This document shows positions 46,590 to 60,100 of a DNA stretch of 64,000 nucleotides, piece by piece (the first letter of the stretch is position 1; every line of letters starts with the position of its first letter). Location of the stretch: the NCBI RefSeq assembly GCF_009914755.1, contig NC_060932.1. The stretch is one strand, 5' to 3'. The position numbers were made by a program, and so were the translations under genes. The notes beneath the pieces are model-generated. The model was not told where the DNA came from and did not search any database. It was given only the letters and a program-made list of their open reading frames with translations. Origin of the DNA: the human T2T-CHM13v2.0 reference genome, Homo sapiens.

Positions 46590-47072
46590 TCATGGGGGTT
46601 CAATCAGGCTTGTGTGAAAAATATTAAAGATAGTTATAGTAATATCCAGAAGCCTTCCTGGAAGGCCGAGAAGTTTGCATAGCTTTAGTAAGGGTTATGG
46701 CTGAAGGCAACCTGATCCTTACCTTAAGTAAATAGCTTAAAGTGAGTACCAAGGAATGTAGAGTAGTTTATCTAACTAACTTGTTTTCCTAAGACTCACG
46801 TTTGTTTCACCATAGGTGCTTAATTGCTTTCTACTACTTGGGAGGTCCACAATGCCAATTGCCCTTTAGTATTGACTCAAGCCTTTGTCAAGTAAACATT
46901 CCTGAATAAATGTGAGTCTCACTGGCTGGTCAGGGCTGCAAATGTTTACAGCACTCTGCTTGGAGTCTGTAAGTGACCCAGATGCTCAGTAGAACTGGCA
47001 AAGCAGAATATCTGTGTGTCAGTATCTTCATTTATCAGTCATTGAGTCAGGGTCTGCAGGACAGACCCTGCA
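46590..47072 (+). mobile_element. Solo LTR, LTR22-like (HERV-K HML-5)
   Basis: Starts tcatgggggttcaatcaggc, AATAAA at ~46905, ends ggacagaccctgca; 5-bp TSD cctag (46585-46589 / 47073-47077); family from recalled consensus. Confidence 0.8.
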
Positions 47073-48570
47073 CCTAGGGGGTGGGACTATTCACTATTTT
47101 TTCAACCCTGTGTTCAATGGGCATGATGACTTGTTATTTGAGACTGTACCCAGGTGATATGACTCTTCTGACTGGGTCCTGCCTACAGAGAAGATTATAA
47201 TGTATCCCTGGCTCACAACCCAGATGATGTGACTTTTCTGTCTTGTCTCTGTCCAAAAGTGAAATTGTGACATATACCTGGATTCAGCTCATATGCACAA
47301 TAATAACTCACATAACTAGACCCAGCCAGGGGATATATTTTGACTCACATAGCCATTCTTATGGCCATGGGTAAAGTCCTAGCTCTCCCACCTGTAAGAA
47401 TTCACAGAAAAGTGTGCTACTCAGGCATATCATATAAAGCTTGAGTGGTACAAAGAGTGTCATAACAGGCACCAGCAACCAGGTGCTATTGTGATTCTTA
47501 GATGCACATCCAACTGACATGATAGTCATTCTCATATATGAGCAGAGCCTATGAACGAGGTACTTAATCTCACACACATAAGCAGTTGAAGCGTGAAGTT
47601 GTTACTCTCATACATTAATCTGATCCACAGGTGGTTTGGTGACGTTTGAACCATGATTCAGCAAATCTGTATTGCTTTTACTCCCCTACTGGAACACAAT
47701 CTTCAAGGGGCATTGGGGCTTTTATACATGGATCTTGCCTATTGTTGAGATTGCGACTCCTGTATTTTGACCCAACTCATAGGAGGTGTTATCTCTCATA
47801 CCTGAAGCCAGGACTTTTGTTGGACTGTGAAACTTATTTCTGAACATTTTTGAGTGTGTGATTGAGAAGTATGACTTTGCCCAGCGTCTGAGTGTTTTGA
47901 CTCTTCTTTCTAGGCCCAGAGCACAGTTGAAATTGTGACATATGTACACCAAGCAACCAAGCAATGTATAACACCTCATTTGGCAATGGAATCGAGGGCA
48001 CTTTTACATATCACTGAGACCAGCGCCCAGCTGATGTGAAATATTGGCCTGAACCCTGCCTACAAAAGCATTGTGGCTTTTATCTAGCTCCATTACATAA
48101 GTGATGTGACTTCCTTCTACTGCCTTGGCCCTGCACTTATGGTGAATCGTGACACAAAATTGGGTAGAGCAACCAGGTGATGTGACCCTTTTTTTTTTGG
48201 CGGGGGGCCAGTCTGTCAATAGGAAGCTTTAACATATCACTTGGCTCAGCACCTAGATTGTGTTTCTTCTCTCTAGCCTGGGCCCTGACCAGCACAGAGA
48301 TTGAGGCATATTGCTGAACCCAGGACCAAGATGAAGTCACTCTCCTGCCTTGATCCTGCACACAGGGACCCTTGTGACATATATACAGGCCAATTGCCTA
48401 GGTAAAGTTTGTCTCCTCTCCTGCCTAAGCCCTGCCCATGGGGAGGATTTAGATATATCACTGAAACCAGCATCCAGGTGATATGACTCTTTTTCCAGAG
48501 TCTTGTGACATTTCACTGGACCAGCACCCACTCAGGTGATGTGACTTTCCTTTCTTCTCCCCACCCACAG

Positions 48571-51500
48571 GTGATGTTGTGCAATATACCTGAGACCAGA
48601 TCAATGGCCTAATAATGACTCTTTTACCTAGAGCCAGGACATGTGCAGGATGGTAACTCTCATCCCTGAACCTTTCCACAGGTGTTATTGTCACATATAC
48701 CTTTTCCAGCTCCAAAGTGATTTAATAATCCAGCCTAGTTATAGCCCACAGATAATATTTGGACATATACCTGAGTCAAGAACCTTGGTGATTTGACTCT
48801 CATGTCTTAACAGTGTCCTCAGAAGGGATCATAACATATCTCTGGACCCATCATCTAGGTTATGTGACTCTCTTCTCCTGCCTGAACCCTGCTTCCAGTG
48901 AAGAGTGTTGCATTTCTAAGCACTGCATCCAAATGACATGAGTTTCTTGCCTGGGCCGTTTCAACAGAAGGCATTGTGACATATCTCTAGGTCTATCATT
49001 TAGGTGATATGACTCTCCTCTCCTGCCTGGACACTCTCCACAAGGGGCATTATGCCATAGAGCTAGAGCTAGCAACCAAGTTTTGTGAATTTTCTGTTAG
49101 GGCCTTGCCTACAAAGAGAATTTTGGAATATTTCTGGCTTAGAATTTAAGTAATGTGGTTGTTCTGCCTGTTCAGTAACCACAGAGGAGAAGGTGAAATA
49201 TATCTAGGCACCGCAAACAGGCATGATAATGAGTCTTGTATGTGGACCCAGCAAATAGGAGAAATTTTGACTCTTATAACTAGGTTTAGGAACATGAGTG
49301 ATGTCCAGGATCTCCTTCTGGTAAGAAGGTCACAGAAGATTGCAACACTCACAATTATTTTGTAACACCTTTGGGTTGTATAGGGAGTGTCGTAACAGGG
49401 CCAAACACACAGAGGAAATTGTGACAGTCATATGCACACCTACCTGACAGTAAAGACTTTCACAATCACAAATGGATGAAGGCAACTGTCCTACATGAAA
49501 ACAGGACATGTGTGGTATTGTACATCTAAAACCTAGAATTTTATTCCATTGTGACTGTGATATAAATCAATGCCAAGCACCTGCGTGATTTCACTCTTCA
49601 GACTGGTTCTATTCTACATATGGGATTTTTATATCTACCTATGCCAACCTTGAAGTGTTGTGACTTCTCTGTCTGGACCATGCTCTCAGTAAGAATTGTG
49701 ACATCACTGGATCCAGCATCCAGGTGATGTTACATTTTAGCCTGCACCATGCCCACAGACATAACTGTGACATATCACTGTGTCCATCAGTTAGAAGATG
49801 TAGCTCTCCTCTATGGAATAGCTCTGTACACAGGGCAAAATAGTGATGTATTCCCAGGCCAGGCACACAGGTGATGATATTCTTTTGCCGGGGCCAGGCC
49901 AAAAAGAGGGCATTTTGACATATCACAGTTCCTATCATGTAGGTGATATGGCTCTTCTGCTTGGGACCTGCCCACTTGGGTAGTGACATATTGCTAGGCC
50001 AGGCACAAAGGTGATGGTACTCTTTTGCCAGGGCCATGCTTTCAGAAAGGCTTTGTGACATATCTCTGGGTCCATCACCTAGCTGATGTGACTTCCTGCT
50101 TGGCTCTGCCCACATGGAGCATTGTGACATGAGGGTAGAACCTGCACCTAGGTGATGTAACTCTCTTGCCTGAATCCTTTTCTAAGGGGGACTTGTGAAT
50201 ATCTCAGTACCCAGGACCAGGTGATGTGGCTCTCAGCCTGGTTTCTGCCCACATAATAAATTGTGACATATATGTAAAGAAGCACCTAGGGGATAGGACT
50301 CTCTTTTTGTGCCTGAGCCCTGCCTACTGGTGACATTGGGCCATATCTCTGAGCCCATGACCTAAGTGATGTGACTCTCTTCTTCTGTCTGGGCCTTTAC
50401 AATGGGATGATTGTGACATATTGATGAGCCCAGCACTTAGGTAATGTGACTCTTGTCTTGTTGCTGAACAACGGCCACGAATAGGACTTTTGCCATATTT
50501 TAAGGCCCAGCACCTGGATGATGTTACTCTTCTGACTAGGTCATGCATGAAGGTGGAATTTTGGCATAATGCTTGACCCAGCACCCTAATTATGTGACTC
50601 TCCTGCTTGTGCCTGAGCTACAGAAGGTATTTTGACATAAATTTGTCCCATTTTGTAGGTGTTTTAGCTCTCATCACTTTACTGGGTTTCTTCCTCATGT
50701 GGTTGTATCATATTGCTGGCTTCAGCCCCCAGTTAATATGACCCTCTTTCCTAGGCGCTGCTTAGAGAGGGCATCATGACATATTGCTTGACACAGCACC
50801 TAAGTGATGTTAATCTTCTGCCTAGTTTTCTGCCCACAAATGGGATTATGACAAATACCTTGCTTCAGTTCAAAGGCATGATGATCAAGCTTCTATTGGG
50901 GTTCAGCCAATAGGAGATATTATGCCTCTCACCACTAGGTTTAGGTCAATAGGTAAGGTCCTTCATTGCATATTTATACAAAGCTCACTGAAGTTTACAA
51001 CACTAACTCATATCATAAAAACTTATTGGGTGGTACAGAGTTTCATAACGGAGCCCAGCAAAATGTTAAGATTGTGACTCTCGACTACACACTCAGTTGA
51101 CAGTAAAAGTTGTTACCTTCCTACACTTACAATGCCCATTGTTGAGGTCCTGAGTCTAATAAGTGAATACAGCACAAAGTTGGAATTGTGACTTTCATAA
51201 GTGAATGTGCCCACAGGTGGGATGGTGGCTCATTTTCTGACCCAGCTCACAGGCTAATAATGGTCTCATCTCTGAAACCAGCCTATTGGAGAGCTGTTGA
51301 CTGCCATACCTGGGATTAGGGCAATATGTAAGATCATGAGTCCATATAAGCATGTAGGCCTCAGAGAGGTTTCCAACTCTCATGCATGTTGTATCAAGTT
51401 CTCGGATGTTGTAGAGACTGTCATACAATGGCCAGCACACACATGATATTGTGACACTCATATACACAATGAGCTAACCATTAATGGTGTCACCCTTCAC

Positions 51501-54160
51501 AATGAGGAGATTGTGTCATATCCCTTCACCTAGTACCCTGGTGTTGAGACTTTTTGGTTTAAATTTCTTTCCGTAAGCGCATTGTTACATATCACTGGGT
51601 CAGAATCATGATAATGTGACTCTTCTGCCTGGGCCCTGCAAACAGGGGATATTTTCATATATGTCCAGGCATATTGGCTAGTTGATATATCTCTGCTGCC
51701 AGTGCCCTGCCCACAGGGGACACTGTGACATATCACTAAATATAGCATCTATGTAATGTGGCTCTCCTCTCCTGTCTGAAGGAGATCCTGCCACTGAAGA
51801 AATTGTGAGATACCACTGAGTGCAGAACCTAGGTGACATGATTCTCCTCTCTGTCCTGGACTCTGCCAAGAGAGGGAATTACTACATATTGCTGAGCCAG
51901 CACCCAGGTGGTGTGATTCTCTTTTTTTCTTTAAACCTTTCTACATAGGGTATGGTGACAAATTACTTGAGGCTATACCCAAGAAATGTGGCTCTTCTGC
52001 CTGGTTTCTGCCCACATCTTAGATTGTGACTTATAACTAGGGAAGCACCTTTGTGAGATGACTCTCCTTTTCTGCCTGGGCCCTGCCTACTGGGGACATT
52101 GTGATATATCTCTGAGCCCATGACCTAAGTGAAGTGACTCTCTTCTTCTGCCTGATCTTTACAATTGGGGGATTATGGCATATTGCTGAGCCCAGCACTC
52201 AGGTTATTTGATTCCTTTTTTTCTCAAACCATGCCCACAAACAGAAATTTTGACCTATTGCAGGGTCCAGCACACAGATAGTGTTACTGTTTTGCCTGGG
52301 TCCTGCATATAGAGAGAATTATGGCATATAGCTGGACCCAGCATCCTGATACTCTGACTCTCATGCCTGTGCTGGAGCCAAAGAAGGTATTTTGACATAA
52401 CCTGGGTCCATTATATGGGTGTTTTGGCTCTCATAACTTGGCTGGGTTTTTTTCCACATGTGGAATGGTGTCACATTGGTGAGTCCAGCACCCAGTTAAT
52501 GTGACTGTAATTCCTATACCCTGCCTACAGAAGTCATTGTGACATATTGGTTGGCACAGCACCCAAGTGATGTTAACCTCCTGCCTAGTTTTTTGCCCAC
52601 AAATGGGACTATGACATAGATGGTCAGACTTATACTGGGATTCAGCCAATAGGAGATATTTTGCCTTTCATCTCTACGCTTAGGGCAATAGGTAAGGTCC
52701 CAAGTTGCATATTTTTATCAAACTCACAGAACTTTACAACACTAACTCATAATGTTTAAACTGCTTGGGTGGTACAGAGAGTTTCATGACAGAGACCAGC
52801 AAAAAGTTCAGATTGGGACTCTTGATTACACACCCAGGTGAAAGCAAAAGTTGTGACCATCCCACATGTCCAAAGCCCACTGTCACCCTCAAAGACAAAA
52901 AAAATGGCATATTACTATGCCAAGTACCCAGATGTTGAGACTTTTTGGCTTAAATTCCTTCCGGTGACTGCATTGTGACATATCGCTGGTTTTGAATCAT
53001 AATAATGTGACTCTTCTGCCTGGACCCTGTCAACAGGGGATATTATCACATATCCTTGGGCCTATAAGCTAGGTGATTTGTCTCTCTGGCTTCTGTCCTG
53101 CTCCCAGAAGACATTGTGAAATATTGTTTGACTTAACATCTAGGTAATGTGTCTCTTCTCTCCTGCCTGGTTCCTGCTCATCAAAGACATAGAGCTGTGA
53201 CATAGAGCTGATTGCAAAACCTAGGTGATGTGACTCTCCTTCATATTCTAGACTCTGCAAAGAGAAGGGGTTGGTACATATTGCAGAGCCCACCACCTAG
53301 ATAGTGTGACTCTTCTCTATTTCTTCTTCCTTGTCTATAGTTTGCTTGGTGACATATTATTTGAGGCTGTACCCAGGTGGTGTGACTCTTCTGACTTGGC
53401 CCAGCCTACAAATTAGATTATACTGTATCACTGACTCAGTATGCAGTGGATATGACTCTCCTGTCTTGTCCCTGCTCATAGGTGAGATTGTGAATATACC
53501 TGGGTTAAGCACACATGCACAATAATAATTCTCATACCTGGACCCAGCCAGTAGAGACACTTTGACTCTCACAGCCAGTCTAAGGACCATGAATATAGTC
53601 CTGGATTTTTCACCTGTATAAAGTTCATGAAGGATTATGACACTCAGGTATATCATATAAAGCCTTAATGGTACAAAGAGTGTTGTAACAGAGGCCAGCA
53701 ATGAAAAGAGAATGTGACTCTTGTATACAAACCTAGCAGACAAGATTGTCATTCTCTCACATGTACAGGGCCTAGGAATGAGGTACTAAATCTCACACAT
53801 AAAAAGCAGTCGAAGGTTGAAATAATTACTCTCATATATGGATCTAATTCACAGGTGGGTTGGTAACATTTGAACCATGATTCAGCACACTGTGGTGCTG
53901 TGACTCCCTGACTAGAACACAATCTTCAAGGGGGATTGGGGCTCTTACACATGAATCTGGCTCATTGTTGAGACTATGTCTCCTCTCTTTTGACCCAACT
54001 CATAGAAAGTGTTGACTCACATACAAGAAACCAGGACTTGTATGGGATGTGAAACTTATTTCTGAGCATTTTTGAGAGTGTGAATGGGACAGGTAACTTT
54101 GTCAGAACATGAATAATTTCACTCTCTTTTCTAGGCTCAGACAACAGATGAAATTGTGCA
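48571..54160 (+). pseudogene. BPY2: BPY2/VCY2-like non-coding homologue, copy B (segments 48571-48681, 50755-50875, 53341-53446, 54135-54160)
   Basis: IMTLLPRARTCAG; ALLREGIMTYCLTQHLSDVNLLPSFLPTNGIMTNTLLQFK; VCLVTYYLRLYPGGVTLLTWPSLQIRLYCITDSV; RLRQQ. AG acceptors and phases are consistent with recalled BPY2 protein. Stop at 48654-48656. Confidence 0.78.
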
Positions 54161-57100
54161 ATATGTGGACCAAGCAGCTAAGCAATATAAAACACAATCC
54201 TTGGTTCTGCCTACAAAGGGCACTTTTATATGTCACTGGGACCATCACCCAGGTGATGTGAGTTATTTGCCTGAAACCAGCCTACAAAGAGAATTGTGTC
54301 TTATATCTAGGTCCATCACATAAGTTATGTGACTCCCTTATACTGCCTTGGCCCTGCAGTTACAGGGCATTGTGACACATAACTGTGTACTTCACCCAGG
54401 TGATGTGATTTTCCTTTCTGGGTTCTGCCAACAGGAAGCATTGTAACATATCACTCAGCTCAGCACCTAGGTGATGTTTCTTCATTTTTGCCTGTGCCCT
54501 GACCACAGGGAGATTGTGACATATTGCTGGGCCCAGCACCAATGTAAGGTCACTCTCCAGCCTTGGTACTGCATATAATGGCCATTATGACATATATTTA
54601 GGCCAATTGCCTAGGTAAAGGCAGCCTCCTCTTTTGCCAAAATCCTGCCCACACAAAGGGGATCACTGAAACCAGCATCCAGGTGATGTGACACTTCTGC
54701 CAGGGTGCTGCCCACAAGTTGGATTGTGACATCTCACGGACGCGCACCCATGTAAGTGATGTGAATTTCTTGCCTTCACTCTGGCCACAGGTGATATTGT
54801 TCCATATACCTGAGACCATAACAAAAGCCTAATTACAACTCATGTGACTGGAGCCAGGACATGTGCAGGATGGTGACTCTTCTTAAACCTTTCCACAAGT
54901 GTAATTGTGACCTATACCTTTGCCCAAATCCTGAGTGATTTAATAATTCTGCCTAGGTATAGCCCACAAATCAGATTCTGACAAATACCCGGGCCAAGCA
55001 CCTTGGTGATTTGACTGTGCTATCTTAGCAATGTCCTCAGGTGAGATTGTGACATATTTCTGGACCCATCATCTAGGTTACATGACTTCTCTCCTGCCTA
55101 TACCCTGCTTCCTTTGGTAATTGTAGCATTTCAAAACACTGCATCCAAATGATATGACTCTCTTGCCTGGGCTCTGTCACAGGAGACAATGTGACATATT
55201 TTGGGGCCCATCATTTAGTTGATATGACTCTTCTCTCCTTCCTGGACACGGCCCCCAAGGGGCAAGTCCAGGACCAAGCACACAAGTTATGTGACATTTC
55301 TGACAGAACCCTGCCTACAAAGAGAATATTGGAATATTTCTAGCCCAGCATTTAGGTGATGTGGTGTTCTGCCTGCTTCATAACCACAGAAGGAATTGTA
55401 ACATATACCTAGGCACAGCTCACAGGCATGATAATGACTCTTACATGTGGACTCAGCAAATAGAGGATATTTTGACTCTAATAGCTAGGTTGAGGGACAT
55501 GTGTGATGTTCTGGATCACCTTCTTGTACAAAGGTCACAAAAGATTACAGCACTCACATATTTTACAAAGTCTTTAGGCTATACAGACAGAGGCAAAGTA
55601 GGGCTCAGCACATGGGCAAAATTCTGAGTCTTATACGCACACCCAACTGACAGTAAGGACTGTCATCATCTCACATGGATGAAGCGAACTGTCACTCATG
55701 AAAACAAGATCGGTGTGGTATTGTAAATCTCATTTTTGGAATTTTCTGACAGTATGATTGTGATATAAATCTTTTCCAAGCACCTGTGTAATTTGACTTT
55801 GAAGAATGTTTCCACTCCATATATAAAATTGTGATATCTACCTAGGCCAACCTCAAAGTGATGTGACTCTCCTGCCTGAGCTTTTATCTCAGTAAGAATT
55901 GTGACATATCACTGGATCTATCACCCAGGTGATGTTACATTCTCGCCTTCTCCATGCCCACCAAAATTATTGTGACATATCTCTCTGTCCATCTCATAGG
56001 TGATGTAACTCTCCTCTCTGGAACGGGCCATGAATAAAGGAAAGATTGTGACATATTGCAAGACCAGGCACACAGCTGATGTTACTCTTTTGCCAGAGCC
56101 ATGCAAGGAGAGCATTTTGAGATATCTCTGGACCTATCACCTAGGTGATGTGGCTCTCCTGCTTGGGCCCTGCCAGTCTGGACAGTGACATATTTCTAGG
56201 CCAGGCACACAGGTGATGGTACTCTTTTGCCAGGGCTATGCTTCATAGAGAACAATGTGACAAATCTCTGAGCCTATCTCCTAGGTGAAGTGACTCCCTC
56301 CTTGGGCTCTACTCACATGGAGCATTGTGACATAAGCAAAGAACCTATGCCTAGGTGATGTAACTCTCTTGCCTGGGTGCTGTCCTAAGAGAGCCTTGTG
56401 ACATATCTCATTACCCAGAACCCATGTGATGTGGCCCTTCTGCCTGTTTTTTCTGCCCACAAATTAAATTGTGACATATTTCTAGGGAAGCACCTAGGTG
56501 ATATGACTCTCCTTGTCTACCTGAGCTCTGCCTACTTGGTACATGGGGACATATCTTTGATCTCAGGTCCTAAGTGATATGATTCTCTTCTCCTGCCTTG
56601 GTCTTTAAAATGGTGAGATTGTGACATATTGCTGAGCCCAGCATTTAGGTCATGTGACCCTACTCTGTTTTCTGAACCATGCCCACAAAGGGAAATTGCG
56701 ACCTTTTGCACCCAGATGATATTACTCTTCTGAAAGAGTCCTGAATAAAGGGAATTATTGCATACTGTTGGGCCCAGCACCCTGATAAGGCTATCATCCT
56801 GTCTGTCTGTACCAGAGCCACAGAGAGTATTTTTGACATATCTTCAGCACATTCTGTAGGTGTTTTGGCTCTCATCCCTTGGTTAAGTTTTTCCACATGT
56901 GAAATTGTGTCATATTTCCGGGTCCAGCACCCAGTTATTGTGACCCTCCTACCTAGGTTCTGCCTAGAAAGGCGTGGTGACATGTTGCTTGCCAGATCAC
57001 CTAAAGTGATGTTGCTCTTTTTCCTAATTTTTTGCCCACAAATGGGATTATGATATATACCTTGCTTCAGTTCACAGGCCTGATGGTCTGACTTATATTG

Positions 57101-60100
57101 GGATTAGGCCAATAGAAGATATTTTGCCTCTTATCGCTAGGCTTAAGGTAGTAGTTAAAATCCTGGGTTGCGTATTTGTGCAAAGCTTACAGAAGTTTAC
57201 AACATTAATTCATGTTATATAAACTACTTGGGTGGCACAGAGAGTTCCATAAAAAGGCCCAGCAAAAAGTTAAGATGGTGACTCTCAATTACACACCCAG
57301 GTGAAAGTAAAATTTCTCACCATCCCACATTTACAAAGCCCACTGCTGCAATACCTCGTAAGTCTAATAGGTGAAAACAGTACAAAGATGGAATTTTGAC
57401 TCTCATATGTGCATCGGGCCACAGGTGTGATCTTGACTCATTTTTGGAGCCAGCTCACAGGCATAAAATGTGTCTCATTCCTGAACTCAGCCCAAATAAG
57501 AGATGTTGACTGTCATACCTAGGCTTAAGTCAATATATAAAATTGTGACTCCATATGAGCCTGGGGCCTCAGAGTAGCTTGCAACTCTCATACATGCTGC
57601 ATAAAGCCCTCGGATGCTGTAGAGGACTTCATACAATTGCCTAGCACACAAGTGAAATTGTGACTTTCATACACACCAAGCTAACAGTTAAAGGTGTCAC
57701 CCTCAAAGATGAGGAGATTGTGTCATGTCACTGGGCCTAGTACCCAGGTGTTAAAACTTCCTTTAATTGTATACCAAGTGTACATTGTGACATATCGTTA
57801 GGTCAGAATCACGATAATGTGATTCTTCTGCCTGGGACCTTCCAACAAGGGATATTATCACATATATCTGGCCTGTCAGCTAGGTGACTGGTCTATTTTT
57901 ACTGTGCTTTGCCCCCAAGGAACATTGTGACATCGCTGGATGTAGCATCTACGAAATGTGACTCTCCTCTCCTGCTTAGGTCCTGCCCACAAAAGGAATT
58001 GTGACATATCACTGAGTGCAAAACCTAGTAAATGCAACTCTCCTCTTTATTCTGGAGTCTGCCAAAAGAGGGGATTATTACATATTGTTGAGCCCAGCAC
58101 CTAGGTGTTGTGACTCTCCCCTTTTTCTTCAACCCTGTCTGCAGTGGACATGGTGTCATATTACTTGAGGCTGTACCGAGGTGATGTGACTCTTCTGACA
58201 TGGCCCTGTCTGCAAAGGAGATTATAATGTATCCTGAGCCCAGAATCCAGATGATGAGACTCTCCTGCCTTGTTTCTGCTCACAGGTGAAATCGAGTAGG
58301 CTAGAACACTGTGACCCTTAATGCTTGGCTCATGCAGTCTTCAGAGGAATTTCAAAAACCACAGGATGTTGGTGGGGGTAGACAAAGAGCTGGTACAAAT
58401 GACAAGCTGCAAGTGAAATAATTGAAGGCAGGAAGAGAGTGGGACCTGCTTCGAACAGGACACCCACTGCCTTGCTGCAGCAGCACAGTCAGGCCAGTTC
58501 TCTGATTTGGACCTTATGCCAAGGAATTAACAGGCCCACTTCTGCTCTGTCCCAGGTGCTGAACTCCTTAGTTCTGGAACTAAATGTGAATTCTGGACTC
58601 CGGAATGCCAGTTGGCTTTCACATGCCAGAGGAGTGAGGAGGCCCAGGTGGGCCTAAAAATGTGGCTGTTGGTTGGCCTTCCACACATGTCTGGTTGCTT
58701 CTGTGCCTATGCTTGCAAGGAAGAGGGATCTTCTTCCTCAAGACAAGCCCAAGGAGGTCTCAAGCAAGCCCAAAGAGGTCTGAGGCTTATGGGAGCCAGT
58801 GGAAAAAAAAAATGATGCCTCAGTCCAGTGCTTTTGCCCTTCCTGGCTTGGGGCTTTGGGGGATCAATTTGCTGATCAGAAAATAGGCAATGAGAGCCCC
58901 TCATTGACTGGCTACTCACCCCACTTTTAATAGGCCACTGCACCGTGCCCACCATGCAGCTCTAGGTACAGTCTGGGCTTCAAGATCCTGGGGCATCTCT
59001 GGGCTGGGTTCAGGGCCCTGAGAAGGTTCTCCCTCTCAGGGACCCCCCATGCCTACCCCTTTGTGCCCACCTGACAGCTCAGCGTATCTGCTGTATGACA
59101 CCCTTATTGCCTGCTCTTGCCAAGCCCATGTCTCCCCGGGGTGGCCAGGGGCACATGCTCACTGAAGCCCAGGTGGCCTGTCCATCCTTCCTCCAATGCA
59201 CAGCCTCAGGCAGGTGCCACCCAGGTTTCCTCCTAAAATGTGATCTCAGGGGGTCACAGCAGCACATTCTGCTCTAACTTACTGACTAGTTAATAAGTCA
59301 CTAAATGTGCAAAGTTGGGTGTGGGCCTTGACACTCTTGATTGCCTTCCTCTAGTGGGGCTGCATTGGGCATTGCCATACTGAATTGTTTGTGGAAAAAG
59401 CTAGCAGGTGAGGCAGGACTCAAGGGCCAGGGAAAGGACAGAGCACCGAGGCTGGACTCTCCCAGGGCCCTCTGAGGCCCCTGCAGGTAGGAGGATGCAG
59501 TGGAGCTCCAGGCCCCTTTTCTAGTGTGGTGCTGAATAGAGCCTTCCTGGAGCACCAAGAAGTCCCTACTCTTTCTGCAACCACCACCCATTGGTCTCTA
59601 GGAAGTGAACATCCATTTATATTTGTGGACATGGCCTTCTGCTTAATTTCCATTGGATGTTCTCCTAGAAGAAATGTCTAGGGAATCCTGGGCCTGTGGT
59701 GGAGTTTCTCTAAGTGCCAGTCTCAAGAATACAATTAATAGTATTTTGTGCACATTACTATCTCAGGGTTACTTTTGCCCAATAATGTGTAGAAAATAAA
59801 TATTAACATTTTTATCCCTTACATTATTTTAATTAGGTAATCTTAAAAACTTTTTATTTTCCTGAAATTTATTTTCATGCCAATCATCAAATTGTGGGTT
59901 TTTCTTGTTCAAATTATTACCTGTTTTAGAGGCAAAATCTTAAAAATAATATGCTACACAAATACTAACAAGTGAGAGAAATGTATTTAAAATGTAATTA
60001 GATTTCTTAAATAAATAATTTAAGTAATTATTTACTTAATTATAGTTTATATACAAATTATAGTTTATATTATTTGTATGAATTATTTTACAGCTTATCC

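Larger units (their letters stand above)
33027..58292 (-). repeat. Complex diverged beta-satellite (BSR-like) array, right part
   Basis: Same motifs and modules as 7708-21017; resumes the module interrupted by the NUMT. Confidence 0.9.

Noticed and set aside
49639-50130. 163-aa and other minus-strand ORFs in the satellite
   Set aside because: They are repetitive translations of the satellite unit (MSQ...HIT), with no recognisable domain
48571-54160. Functional BPY2 gene
   Set aside because: Early TAA and frameshift in exon 1, no GT donor after 53446, and divergence too high for an ampliconic BPY2 copy
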